A stretch of DNA of 42,263 nucleotides. Source: Ilumatobacteraceae bacterium (GTDB taxonomy: Bacteria > Actinomycetota > Acidimicrobiia > Acidimicrobiales > Ilumatobacteraceae). The notes beneath the pieces are model-generated. The model was not told the DNA's origin, did no database searches, and worked only from the letters and a program-made list of their open reading frames with translations. This document shows positions 35,410 to 42,263 of the stretch, piece by piece; position 1 is the first letter of the stretch; each line of letters starts with the position of its first letter. Location: the NCBI GenBank assembly GCA_044240275.1, contig JBIHZV010000001.1, positions 1 through 42,263 on the forward strand. The letters run 5' to 3'. The position numbers were made by a program, and so were the translations under genes.

Positions 35410-36615
35410 ATGAAAATAGTCGATGTCAAAACATTTGTGGTGGGCAATCCACCTCCGCGTTTTGGCGGTCGCTACTTTATTTTTGTCAAACTCACCACCG
35501 ACTCTGGCGTTACAGGAATTGGTGAGGTGTATACAGCCACCTATTCGCCGCATCTTGTAGCCAAGATGATTGAAGAAGTTGCTCAACGGCACGTCATTGG
35601 CAGTGATCCGTTTCATATTGAGATGATGTGGCGCAATGTGTACGGTCGCGGGTATTCGTTGCGCCCCGACCTCACAACGGGTGGCATCGTGAGCGGTATC
35701 GAGATGGCCATGTGGGATATCTGTGGCAAAGAGACCGGCAAGCCCGTGTATGAATTGCTGGGCGGTCGAGTGCACGAAAAATTGCGCGCATATACGTATC
35801 TGTATCCACCCGTTGGCGTCGATGTCTATTCAGATGACCCGGTGTACACCGACCCCGATGCAGCGGCTGAGGCTGCGGTGCGTGAAGTTGAGCGCGGTTT
35901 TACTGGTGTCAAGTTTGATCCAGCCGGAAGGTATTCGGTGTTTGACGGTCGCCAACCTGCTCTTTGGGCAATTGATGTTTCGGTCAAGATGGTGCGAGCG
36001 GTGCGCGAAGCTATTGGTACTCGCGCCGACATCTTGTTTGGCACTCACGGTCAGTTCACTGCGTCGGGTGCAATTCGTCTTGCCAAGCAACTTGAAAAGT
36101 ACGACCCATTGTGGTTTGAAGAGCCAGTGCCGCCAGATTCACCAGAAGAAATTGCCAAGGTTGCTCGCGCGACCAGCATTCCTATTTCGGCAGGCGAGCG
36201 ATTGACAACGAAGTATGAGTTTCATCAATTGCTCAAAACTGGCGCAGCATCGATTTTGCAGCCAAACCTTGGGCGTTGCGGCGGATTGCTTGAAGGTAAA
36301 AAGATTGCATCAATGGCCGAGGTTTATCACGCGCAAATCGCACCGCACATGTATTGCGGACCAGTTGTTGCTGCTGCCAATATTCAACTCGCCACGTGCA
36401 CGCCAAACTTCCTGATTCTTGAAACAATTCAGGGGTGGCAGGGCTTTCATGCCGAACTTGTAAAAACGTCGATCAAATTTGAGGGCGGTTTCATCATCCC
36501 ACCGACTGAACCAGGCTTGGGTATTGAGCTGAACGAGAAGGTTGCTCTCGCCAATCCCTATACCGGTAGTGAGTTGCACCTCGAGATGAGTTCAGTACCA
36601 GCAACACTGCTGTAG
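35410..36615 (+). CDS. Enolase-superfamily acid-sugar dehydratase (mandelate racemase / galactonate dehydratase-like)
   Basis: 401 aa. The N-terminal capping domain reads FIFVKLTTDSGVTGIGE and IEMAMWDICGKETGKPVYELLGG. The barrel carries FEEP and GERL motifs. Confidence 0.8.
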   Translation: MKIVDVKTFVVGNPPPRFGGRYFIFVKLTTDSGVTGIGEVYTATYSPHLVAKMIEEVAQRHVIGSDPFHIEMMWRNVYGRGYSLRPDLTTGGIVSGIEMAMWDICGKETGKPVYELLGGRVHEKLRAYTYLYPPVGVDVYSDDPVYTDPDAAAEAAVREVERGFTGVKFDPAGRYSVFDGRQPALWAIDVSVKMVRAVREAIGTRADILFGTHGQFTASGAIRLAKQLEKYDPLWFEEPVPPDSPEEIAKVARATSIPISAGERLTTKYEFHQLLKTGAASILQPNLGRCGGLLEGKKIASMAEVYHAQIAPHMYCGPVVAAANIQLATCTPNFLILETIQGWQGFHAELVKTSIKFEGGFIIPPTEPGLGIELNEKVALANPYTGSELHLEMSSVPATLL

Positions 36616-36627
36616 TTTTTGGTCATC

Positions 36628-38022
36628 ATGACTCTTGGTCGCGCAATTCCGCTTTGGCAAGACGGCCTGCAGCTTGATGGAAACACTCGACGCAGTGCAG
36701 TTGGACGTAGTGCTGTAGATGGCGTTGTTGAATCCGATGTCGTCATTGTCGGTGGCGGTTACACAGGGTTGTGGACAGCTTTTTATCTCAAACAACTTGC
36801 TCCGCAATTGTCGGTATCGATTGTTGAGTCGCAATTCGTTGGCTTTGGGGGGAGCGGTCGTAACGGCGGTTGGTGCAGTGCATTTTTGCCAATGTCGCCA
36901 AGCGAGATGTCGGCTGAGCATGGCGCACAAGCAATGCGTTTTTTGCAAGATCAAATGTTTGCAACTGTGGATGAAATTGCTCGTGTTGCTCAAGTGAACA
37001 ATATTGTCTGCGATTTCCACAAAGGCGGCACTATTACATCGGCCTCTGACCCTGCGCATGTGGCTCGACTACATCACTACATCGATGATTGGCATGCTGC
37101 CGGCTTTAGTGATGTAGATATGACTTGGGAAAGTGCAGAACAGATTTCAAAGCGTATTCGTGTTTCATCCACTCTGGGAGGCATGTACAGCCCACATTGT
37201 GCTGTGGTGAATCCATGGAAGTTGGTGACTGGGTTAGCGCGAACGATAGAGAATCTTGGCGTTGTGATTTATGAAGATTCGCGTGCACTCAAGATCGAGC
37301 CGCGAAGGGTCGTACTCGAACGAGGTGAAGTTCGGGCCAAATGGGTTGTCAATGCACTTGAGTCCTTCACCTCACAACTTCCATCAGGTACGCGGAAAAT
37401 CGTTCCGTTGTATTCATTGATGGTGGCAACCGAACCGCTTTCAGAATCTGTATGGCGCTCTCTCGGTTGGGCTCATCGCGAGACGTTTGCCGATGGTCGC
37501 AATATGGTCACGTATGCACAACGCACAGCAGACGATCGCATTGCTTTTGGGGGCCGAGGCGCGCCGTATCACTTTGGGTCAAGTATCGCCGATCGTTATG
37601 ACCGCAATAAAACAATTCATGGTCGGCTCGAGCAAACTGTGCGGGAAATATTCCCTCAGATTGCTGAGGCGCGGTTTACGCATCATTGGGGTGGCCCAGT
37701 TGGTGCGCCACGAGATTGGCATGCGTTTGCCAATGTCGATGCCAAAACAGGTCTATGTGCAGGTGGCGGATATGTTGGCGATGGAGTTGCTCTATCCAAC
37801 TTGGTTGGTCGAACACTTGCGCATCAGATTGCGGACACCGGTGATGCGCTTACCCAGTCAGCGCTTGTCAGTCATCAGTCAAAAAAGTGGGAAATTGAGC
37901 CACTGCGTTGGCTGGGTGTCAATTCGTTGTTGGCGTTGACCGAATATGCCGACAAGGCAGAGCGTCGAACTCACCGACCAATGAAGCGGTTACTCGCACT
38001 ACGCGATGGCTTATTGGGATGA
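36628..38022 (+). CDS. FAD-dependent oxidoreductase (DAO family, PuuB-like amine oxidase)
   Basis: The dinucleotide fold reads DVVIVGGGYTGLWTA and GFGGSGRNGG. It parallels E. coli PuuB by eye. The open frame starts at a TTG at 36619 and the first ATG is at 36628. Confidence 0.75.
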   Translation: MTLGRAIPLWQDGLQLDGNTRRSAVGRSAVDGVVESDVVIVGGGYTGLWTAFYLKQLAPQLSVSIVESQFVGFGGSGRNGGWCSAFLPMSPSEMSAEHGAQAMRFLQDQMFATVDEIARVAQVNNIVCDFHKGGTITSASDPAHVARLHHYIDDWHAAGFSDVDMTWESAEQISKRIRVSSTLGGMYSPHCAVVNPWKLVTGLARTIENLGVVIYEDSRALKIEPRRVVLERGEVRAKWVVNALESFTSQLPSGTRKIVPLYSLMVATEPLSESVWRSLGWAHRETFADGRNMVTYAQRTADDRIAFGGRGAPYHFGSSIADRYDRNKTIHGRLEQTVREIFPQIAEARFTHHWGGPVGAPRDWHAFANVDAKTGLCAGGGYVGDGVALSNLVGRTLAHQIADTGDALTQSALVSHQSKKWEIEPLRWLGVNSLLALTEYADKAERRTHRPMKRLLALRDGLLG

Positions 38023-38024
38023 GG

Positions 38025-38053
38025 TTGGCATTTGTGCACACTCACCGTAGGGT
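38025..38053 (+). promoter_or_regulatory. Candidate promoter for the his leader (TTGGCA - 17 nt - TAGGGT)
   Basis: The -35-like hexamer is at 38025-30. The TAnnnT-type -10 is at 38048-53. The GTG at 38061 lies 7 nt after the -10, which would give a leaderless transcript. This is pattern match only. Confidence 0.3.
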
Positions 38054-38060
38054 GACGTAC

Positions 38061-38126
38061 GTGAAGTCTTTTGCACACAACTCCCATCATCACGTTCATC
38101 ACGTGTCACGTCGGGCTCTTGTGTAG
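38061..38126 (+). CDS. Histidine-rich leader peptide of the his operon
   Basis: From the GTG at 38061 the frame gives 21 aa, (M)KSFAHNSHHHVHHVSRRALV. An alternative ATG at 38019 overlaps the upstream stop (ATGA) and gives 35 aa. Codons 38076-38102 read CAC AAC TCC CAT CAT CAC GTT CAT CAC, which is 6 His in 9 codons. The stop TAG is at 38124-26. Confidence 0.6.
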   Translation: MKSFAHNSHHHVHHVSRRALV

Positions 38127-38163
38127 CGCATCCAAACTCTCACAAGTTTTTCACAGCCCGTCG
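38109..38163 (+). promoter_or_regulatory. Candidate antiterminator helix of the his attenuator
   Basis: CGUCGGGCU (38109-17) pairs with AGCCCGUCG (38155-63) at 8 of 9 positions. This stacks on CUUGUG (38118-23) paired with CACAAG (38141-46). The helix sequesters 7 nt of the terminator 5' arm. Its own 5' arm ends 1 nt before the leader stop codon. Confidence 0.45.
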
Positions 38164-38189
38164 GATTATCCGGCGGGTTTTTTGTTTTT
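38155..38189 (+). terminator. Intrinsic terminator (attenuator) upstream of hisI
   Basis: Stem CCCGUCGGA / UCCGGCGGG (38157-65 / 38169-77) has 8 Watson-Crick pairs and 1 G.U pair, with loop UUA. It is followed by TTTTTTGTTTTT (38178-89), 42 nt before the hisI ATG. Confidence 0.8.
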
Positions 38190-38231
38190 CTAGCACAAGT
38201 TTCAAACATTAAATCGAGAAAGAAGGCAGTG

Positions 38232-38681
38232 ATGAACAAAGCAGTAATGAACAGCGAAAACACAATCCAAGATCAATCAAAAACAATGACAGATTTGGAT
38301 TTTGGCAAACTCGATGGACTGCTAGCAGTTGTTATTCAAGACGCGGTGACGCAGCGGGTACTCATGGTTGGGTTTATGAATGCTGAGTCTTATGCGCGAA
38401 CACTCGAAACCGGATTTGTTGTCTTTTTTAGCCGCTCGCGCAACAAGCTGTGGATGAAGGGTGAAACGTCTGGACACACGCTGCAGGTTGTGTCGATGTC
38501 AACCGACTGTGATCGTGATGCTTTACTCATCACGGTAAAAGCAAATGGTCCTGGTGTTTGCCATGAAGGATTTGAAAGCTGCTTTTCGCGCACACGTGTC
38601 AACAACAACTGGATAGTTACCGACCCACAAACTTTTTCACCAACCGATGTATACAGCGACACGAAAGAGGTAGTCAAATGA
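38232..38681 (+). CDS. hisI: Phosphoribosyl-AMP cyclohydrolase (monofunctional HisI)
   Basis: ATG at 38232 with AAGG 5 nt upstream; the frame opens at a GTG at 38229. Motifs: [51 protein letters not shown]. No PRA-PH (HisE) domain. Confidence 0.9.
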   Translation: MNKAVMNSENTIQDQSKTMTDLDFGKLDGLLAVVIQDAVTQRVLMVGFMNAESYARTLETGFVVFFSRSRNKLWMKGETSGHTLQVVSMSTDCDRDALLITVKANGPGVCHEGFESCFSRTRVNNNWIVTDPQTFSPTDVYSDTKEVVK

Positions 38682-39559
38682 GCAATGAATCAATTTTGAA
38701 ACTCGGAATACCAAAAGGAAGTTTGGAAAATGCAACGATCGATTTGTTTCGGCGTGCAGGTTTTCAGATCACCGTCAACAGTCGGTCGTACTTTCCAGCC
38801 ATAGATGATCCGAATATTGAGTGCATGTTGATTCGCGCTCAAGAAATGGCGCGTTATGTAGAAGACGGTGTACTGGATGCCGGGCTGACAGGGCTCGACT
38901 GGATTGCTGAAACCGGTGCGAACGTGCACCCGATTACCGACTTGGTGTATGCAAAGCAAAGCTTTGGTCGCGTTCGTTGGGTGCTCGCAGTACCTGAACA
39001 GTCGGAAGTGCGCAGTGTCAAAGACCTTGAGGGCAAGATCATTGCTACTGAACTTGTTGAAACAACAAAGCGATATCTGGCAGCAAATGGAGTTACTGCA
39101 AAAGTCGAATTCAGTTGGGGGGCGACCGAGGTGAAGCCACCAATTTTGGCAGACGCCATTGTGGAAGTAACAGAGACTGGATCATCGCTCCGTGCCAATA
39201 ATTTGCGCATTGTTGAAACGGTGCTCGAGTCGAACACGCAGTTCATAGCCAATACGACATCATGGCAAGACCCAGCCAAGCGTCAGCAGATGCAAGACAT
39301 TCGGATGCTGCTCGAAGGAGCAATTAACGCAATGGGCAAGGTTGGGTTGATGATGAATGTGGAGCGCTCTAGTTTGCAACAAGTACTAGACGTGTTGCCG
39401 GCGTTGAAGACACCAACAATTTCAACGTTGGCTGATGAAAATTGGTTGGCACTAAACACGATCTTGGATGAAAGTACTGTGCGCACAATCATTCCTCGGC
39501 TCAAGCAGGCGGGCGCGTCAGGCATTGTCGAGTATCCACTCAACAAGATTGTTAACTGA
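38678..39559 (+). CDS. hisG: ATP phosphoribosyltransferase, long form with C-terminal regulatory domain
   Basis: 293 aa with an ATGA overlap with hisI. Motifs: [31 protein letters not shown]. It has a C-terminal roughly 75-aa ACT-like extension. Confidence 0.9.
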   Translation: MSNESILKLGIPKGSLENATIDLFRRAGFQITVNSRSYFPAIDDPNIECMLIRAQEMARYVEDGVLDAGLTGLDWIAETGANVHPITDLVYAKQSFGRVRWVLAVPEQSEVRSVKDLEGKIIATELVETTKRYLAANGVTAKVEFSWGATEVKPPILADAIVEVTETGSSLRANNLRIVETVLESNTQFIANTTSWQDPAKRQQMQDIRMLLEGAINAMGKVGLMMNVERSSLQQVLDVLPALKTPTISTLADENWLALNTILDESTVRTIIPRLKQAGASGIVEYPLNKIVN

Positions 39560-40797
39560 TGCTGAGAATTCTTGATCAAGCAGGAGCAAATGCGTTTCTC
39601 AATCGCGCTACTCAGCGACTGGATAACGCACTTGAGATTGTCAAACCGATCGTTCAGGATGTACGCGATCGTGGAGACATAGCGGTTCGTGAATATGCGG
39701 GAAGACTTGATGGCTTCACGGGGGAGAGTTTTGTCATCGATTCCTGTGGCGAACTTGACCCCGCATTGTTGGAGGCGGTGACAATCGCAGCAAAAAATAT
39801 TCGTGACTTCGCACAGCAGCAACTTGTCAAGCCGTGGCAAACAACTACGAGCGACGGTCGAACACTTGGTCAAATTGTTCGTCCACTTGATTCGGTCGGT
39901 GTGTATGTGCCCGCTGGAAGGTATCCACTGCTTTCGACCATGTTGATGGCTGTCATTCCTGCACAAGTTGCTGGAGTCGGCACGATTACCGTCGTGTGCC
40001 CACAACCGAATACGCAGATTTTGGCGCTGGCAAAATGGCTTGGTCTCAAGTCCATCATTCAATTAGGTGGGGCACAAGCAATCGCTTCTCTTGCTTATGG
40101 CACTCAAAGCATCGCCAAAGTGCAAAGGATTGTTGGGCCTGGTAACTCGTATGTTGCCGCAGCAAAAAAGTTGGTTGCAGGCGATGTCGGAATCGATTTT
40201 GTTGCTGGACCTAGCGAGATCGTGCTTGTTGCAAACGCAGGAGATCCAACTTGGATCGCAGCCGACATGCTCGCACAGTGTGAGCATGACGTGGAAGCTC
40301 GGGCAATCCTGCTCACAACCTCAACAACTCTTGCCACAGAAGTTCAGGCACAAGTTGCACTGCAGTTGCTGACGTTGACCACGGCTGATGTTGCGTCATT
40401 GGCTGTTGCCAATAACAGCGCAATAATCGTGTGTCAAAGTGTTGAAGAGATCATTGAACTGGTTAACGAGATTGCTCCAGAGCACTTGGCGATACCAGAC
40501 GAATCTTTGTCAGTTGATTCGTTTGTTGACAAGATTGTTAATGCTGGGTCAATTTTTGTCGGAAGATTTAGTACCGAAGCTGCTGGCGATTATGCGAGTG
40601 GGCCAAACCATGTGCTGCCAACTTCGGGGGTCGCGGCCTTACGCGGTGGCTTATCGGTGAATGATTTTGTCAAAGTTATTACAACGCAATCGTTGAGCGA
40701 AGATGCCTTGCGGCAATTGACGCCAGCTGTGACCCAATTGGCCCGAGCCGAGGGCTTGGAAGCCCATGCAAGAAGTGTTGAAGTGAGGCAGGGATGA
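39559..40797 (+). CDS. hisD: Histidinol dehydrogenase
   Basis: 412 aa with a TGATG overlap with hisG. Motifs: GVYVPAG.YPL.ST.LM, IVGPGNSYVAAAK, AGPSE, QCEHD, EHL, GDYASGPNHVLPT. Confidence 0.95.
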   Translation: MLRILDQAGANAFLNRATQRLDNALEIVKPIVQDVRDRGDIAVREYAGRLDGFTGESFVIDSCGELDPALLEAVTIAAKNIRDFAQQQLVKPWQTTTSDGRTLGQIVRPLDSVGVYVPAGRYPLLSTMLMAVIPAQVAGVGTITVVCPQPNTQILALAKWLGLKSIIQLGGAQAIASLAYGTQSIAKVQRIVGPGNSYVAAAKKLVAGDVGIDFVAGPSEIVLVANAGDPTWIAADMLAQCEHDVEARAILLTTSTTLATEVQAQVALQLLTLTTADVASLAVANNSAIIVCQSVEEIIELVNEIAPEHLAIPDESLSVDSFVDKIVNAGSIFVGRFSTEAAGDYASGPNHVLPTSGVAALRGGLSVNDFVKVITTQSLSEDALRQLTPAVTQLARAEGLEAHARSVEVRQG

Positions 40798-41843
40798 TTA
40801 CTCCTAAACAAAGTGTGCGCAACATGCGCCCTTATTCGCCACCCACGCAGGGTCGGGGCGGCAAGATGCGTCTCGACTTCAACGAAAATACGGTGGGTTG
40901 CTCGCCGCGCGTGTTGGCTGCTGTGACTCAGGCTTTAACCGATGAAAACGTAGCGATGTACCCCGAATATTCAGAGGCGAGAACAGAGATCGCCAACTTT
41001 TTAGGTGTAGCGGACGACCAATTGACGTTCACCAACGGAACCGACGAGGCGATTCAACTTCTCATCAACACTTTCTTTGAACTTGGCGATGAGCTCGTGA
41101 TCCTCAGTCCTTCGTATGCGATGTATCGCTTTTATGCCGAAGTTGCTGGCGTTCGAGTGACCGAAGTTGCGTATCAGATCGAGGACAATCTGGTGTTTCC
41201 ACTTCAGTCATTGACTGAAAAGATTACGGACACAACTCGTGGCGTCTTTATTGCAAACCCAAATAACCCGACTGGTAGAGCTATTTCAGTTAATGACGTC
41301 ATCGCAATTCTTGAGCACTCACCGCAAACGATTGTCCTTATCGATGAGGCGTATGTTGAGTTTTCCCAGATTTCGGTATTGCCATTACTCAATCGTTATC
41401 CAAACTTGTTTATCAGCCGTACCTTTTCAAAGGCGTTTGGTATGGCTGGCTTGCGATGTGGATGTCTTGTTTCGTCGGCAGACAACATTGCTTGGGCTCG
41501 CCGAGCGCAGTCGCCATACAGCGTTAATGCTCTGGCAGTAGCGGCGGCTCGTGCCGCTGTTGGTGATATTGAATTTGTTGCAAACTATGTGCGCGAAGTT
41601 GTTAACTCTCGGCAGATGGTGCAAGATGCACTCACTCGTTTTGGTTTGCGATGGTTTCCAAGCGACGGCAACTTTTTGCTCTTTGATGCTGGATCGCGTA
41701 AGCAAAAAATACTTGATCAGATGAAGTCTGCAGGCATCTTGATTCGTGATCGAAGTCACGAAATAGACGGATGTGTTCGCGTCACGATCGGAACAATTGA
41801 CCAAATGAAACTATTTATTACAGAAATGGAAAAAGCAATATGA
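40794..41843 (+). CDS. hisC: Histidinol-phosphate aminotransferase
   Basis: 349 aa with an ATGA overlap with hisD. Motifs: [32 protein letters not shown]. The PLP-lysine motif is [15 protein letters not shown]. Confidence 0.9.
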   Translation: MITPKQSVRNMRPYSPPTQGRGGKMRLDFNENTVGCSPRVLAAVTQALTDENVAMYPEYSEARTEIANFLGVADDQLTFTNGTDEAIQLLINTFFELGDELVILSPSYAMYRFYAEVAGVRVTEVAYQIEDNLVFPLQSLTEKITDTTRGVFIANPNNPTGRAISVNDVIAILEHSPQTIVLIDEAYVEFSQISVLPLLNRYPNLFISRTFSKAFGMAGLRCGCLVSSADNIAWARRAQSPYSVNALAVAAARAAVGDIEFVANYVREVVNSRQMVQDALTRFGLRWFPSDGNFLLFDAGSRKQKILDQMKSAGILIRDRSHEIDGCVRVTIGTIDQMKLFITEMEKAI

Positions 41844-42263
41844 AAAAGCCACCGTCGAATAAAACACTACGAAAAGCAACAGTCAAGCGTGTAAGTAAAG
41901 AAACGAGTATCTCTGCAACTTTGCTGATTGAGGGCACAGGCAAGTACGAGATTTCTACGGGTATCAGGTTTCTGGACCACATGCTTGAGCTTGTTGCCAA
42001 ACATGGAGGTTTTGACCTGACACTGAAGGCCACAGGAGATTTGGATATCGATCAGCATCACACCGTTGAAGACGTGGGCATTGTGTTGGGCGAGGTGTTC
42101 AAGAAAGCGTTAGGCAAAAAAATTGGAATTAATCGTGCGGGCTATTTCGTCTTGCCGATGGATGAAACTCTTGCGGTGGTTGCAGTTGACCTGAGTGGTC
42201 GTCCCGCCCTCGTGTATTCGGACATGATTAAGGCTCGACTGGTTGGCGATCTGCAAACTGAGT
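41840..42263 (+). CDS. hisB: Imidazoleglycerol-phosphate dehydratase (5' part, truncated by the window end)
   Basis: ATGA overlap with hisC. My own translation gives [85 protein letters not shown]..., which carries the IGPD motifs FLDHML and DxHHTVED. The frame stays open to the end of the window. Confidence 0.85.
   Translation, partial: MKKPPSNKTLRKATVKRVSKETSISATLLIEGTGKYEISTGIRFLDHMLELVAKHGGFDLTLKATGDLDIDQHHTVEDVGIVLGEVFKKALGKKIGINRAGYFVLPMDETLAVVAVDLSGRPALVYSDMIKARLVGDLQTE

Noticed and set aside
37908-38126. A 72-aa ORF spans the 3' end of the FAD-oxidase gene and the spacer.
   Set aside because: Its first 37 codons lie out of frame inside a well-supported gene. Only the spacer-encoded His-rich tail is meaningful, and I interpret that tail as a short leader peptide starting at 38061 or 38019.
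1-42263. CRISPR arrays, tRNA, rRNA or tmRNA genes, insertion sequences, integrases, toxin-antitoxin pairs or recognisable phage-defence genes.
   Set aside because: No spacer is long enough to hold an array or a structured RNA gene, apart from the two discussed (18713-18886 and 38023-38231), and neither folds like a tRNA. I saw no transposase, integrase, nuclease or NTPase-type defence motifs in any ORF. In particular, no smpB or ssrA follows ftsX.

Overview
This is a 42.3-kb, very gene-dense chromosomal segment. Spacers are almost absent. Many genes are chained by ATGA/GTGA/TGATG start-stop overlaps, and several convergent gene pairs overlap at their 3' ends. Gene content and synteny point to a streamlined member of the Actinomycetota, possibly Acidimicrobiia-like. 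The evidence is DUF3499- and DUF5719-type genes, cofD-cofE, the manC/manB/ahcY neighbourhood, comF-secA and prfB-ftsE-ftsX. GC looks moderate by eye but was not computed.

Layout:
(i) 54-18.7 kb is a mannose-centred cell-envelope glycan block. It holds manC, an atypical SDR, cofE/cofD, gmd, a flippase-like protein, a 1062-aa GT2-membrane fusion, a DUF5719-like four-repeat protein, a membrane-anchored thioredoxin-like protein, ftsH, DUF3499, a CPBP protease, an 820-aa GT-C-like membrane protein, manB and trm112.
(ii) Housekeeping genes follow: ahcY, a yczE-like gene, a comF-like gene, secA, prfB, ftsE and ftsX.
(iii) Next come an enoyl-CoA hydratase, a truncated globin, and a minus-strand operon of Stf0-like sulfotransferase, menB and trmH.
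(iv) A six-gene cluster encodes an aldehyde dehydrogenase, a beta-hydroxyacid dehydrogenase, a class II aldolase, a Zn-ADH, an enolase-superfamily dehydratase and an FAD oxidase.
(v) A tightly coupled hisI-hisG-hisD-hisC-hisB operon runs off the 3' end.

The most notable signal is in the 209-nt spacer before hisI. It contains a short ORF with 6 His in 9 codons, mutually exclusive antiterminator and terminator helices, and a U-tract. This is a histidine leader-peptide attenuator in an unexpected lineage and operon context.

The second most notable signal is the translationally coupled trio of GT2-membrane fusion, DUF5719-like protein and thioredoxin-like protein. It has the architecture of an uncharacterised synthase-type envelope polysaccharide machine.

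I recognised no rRNA, tRNA, CRISPR array, transposase or integrase. All protein family calls come from motifs and architecture read by eye. No database search was run.
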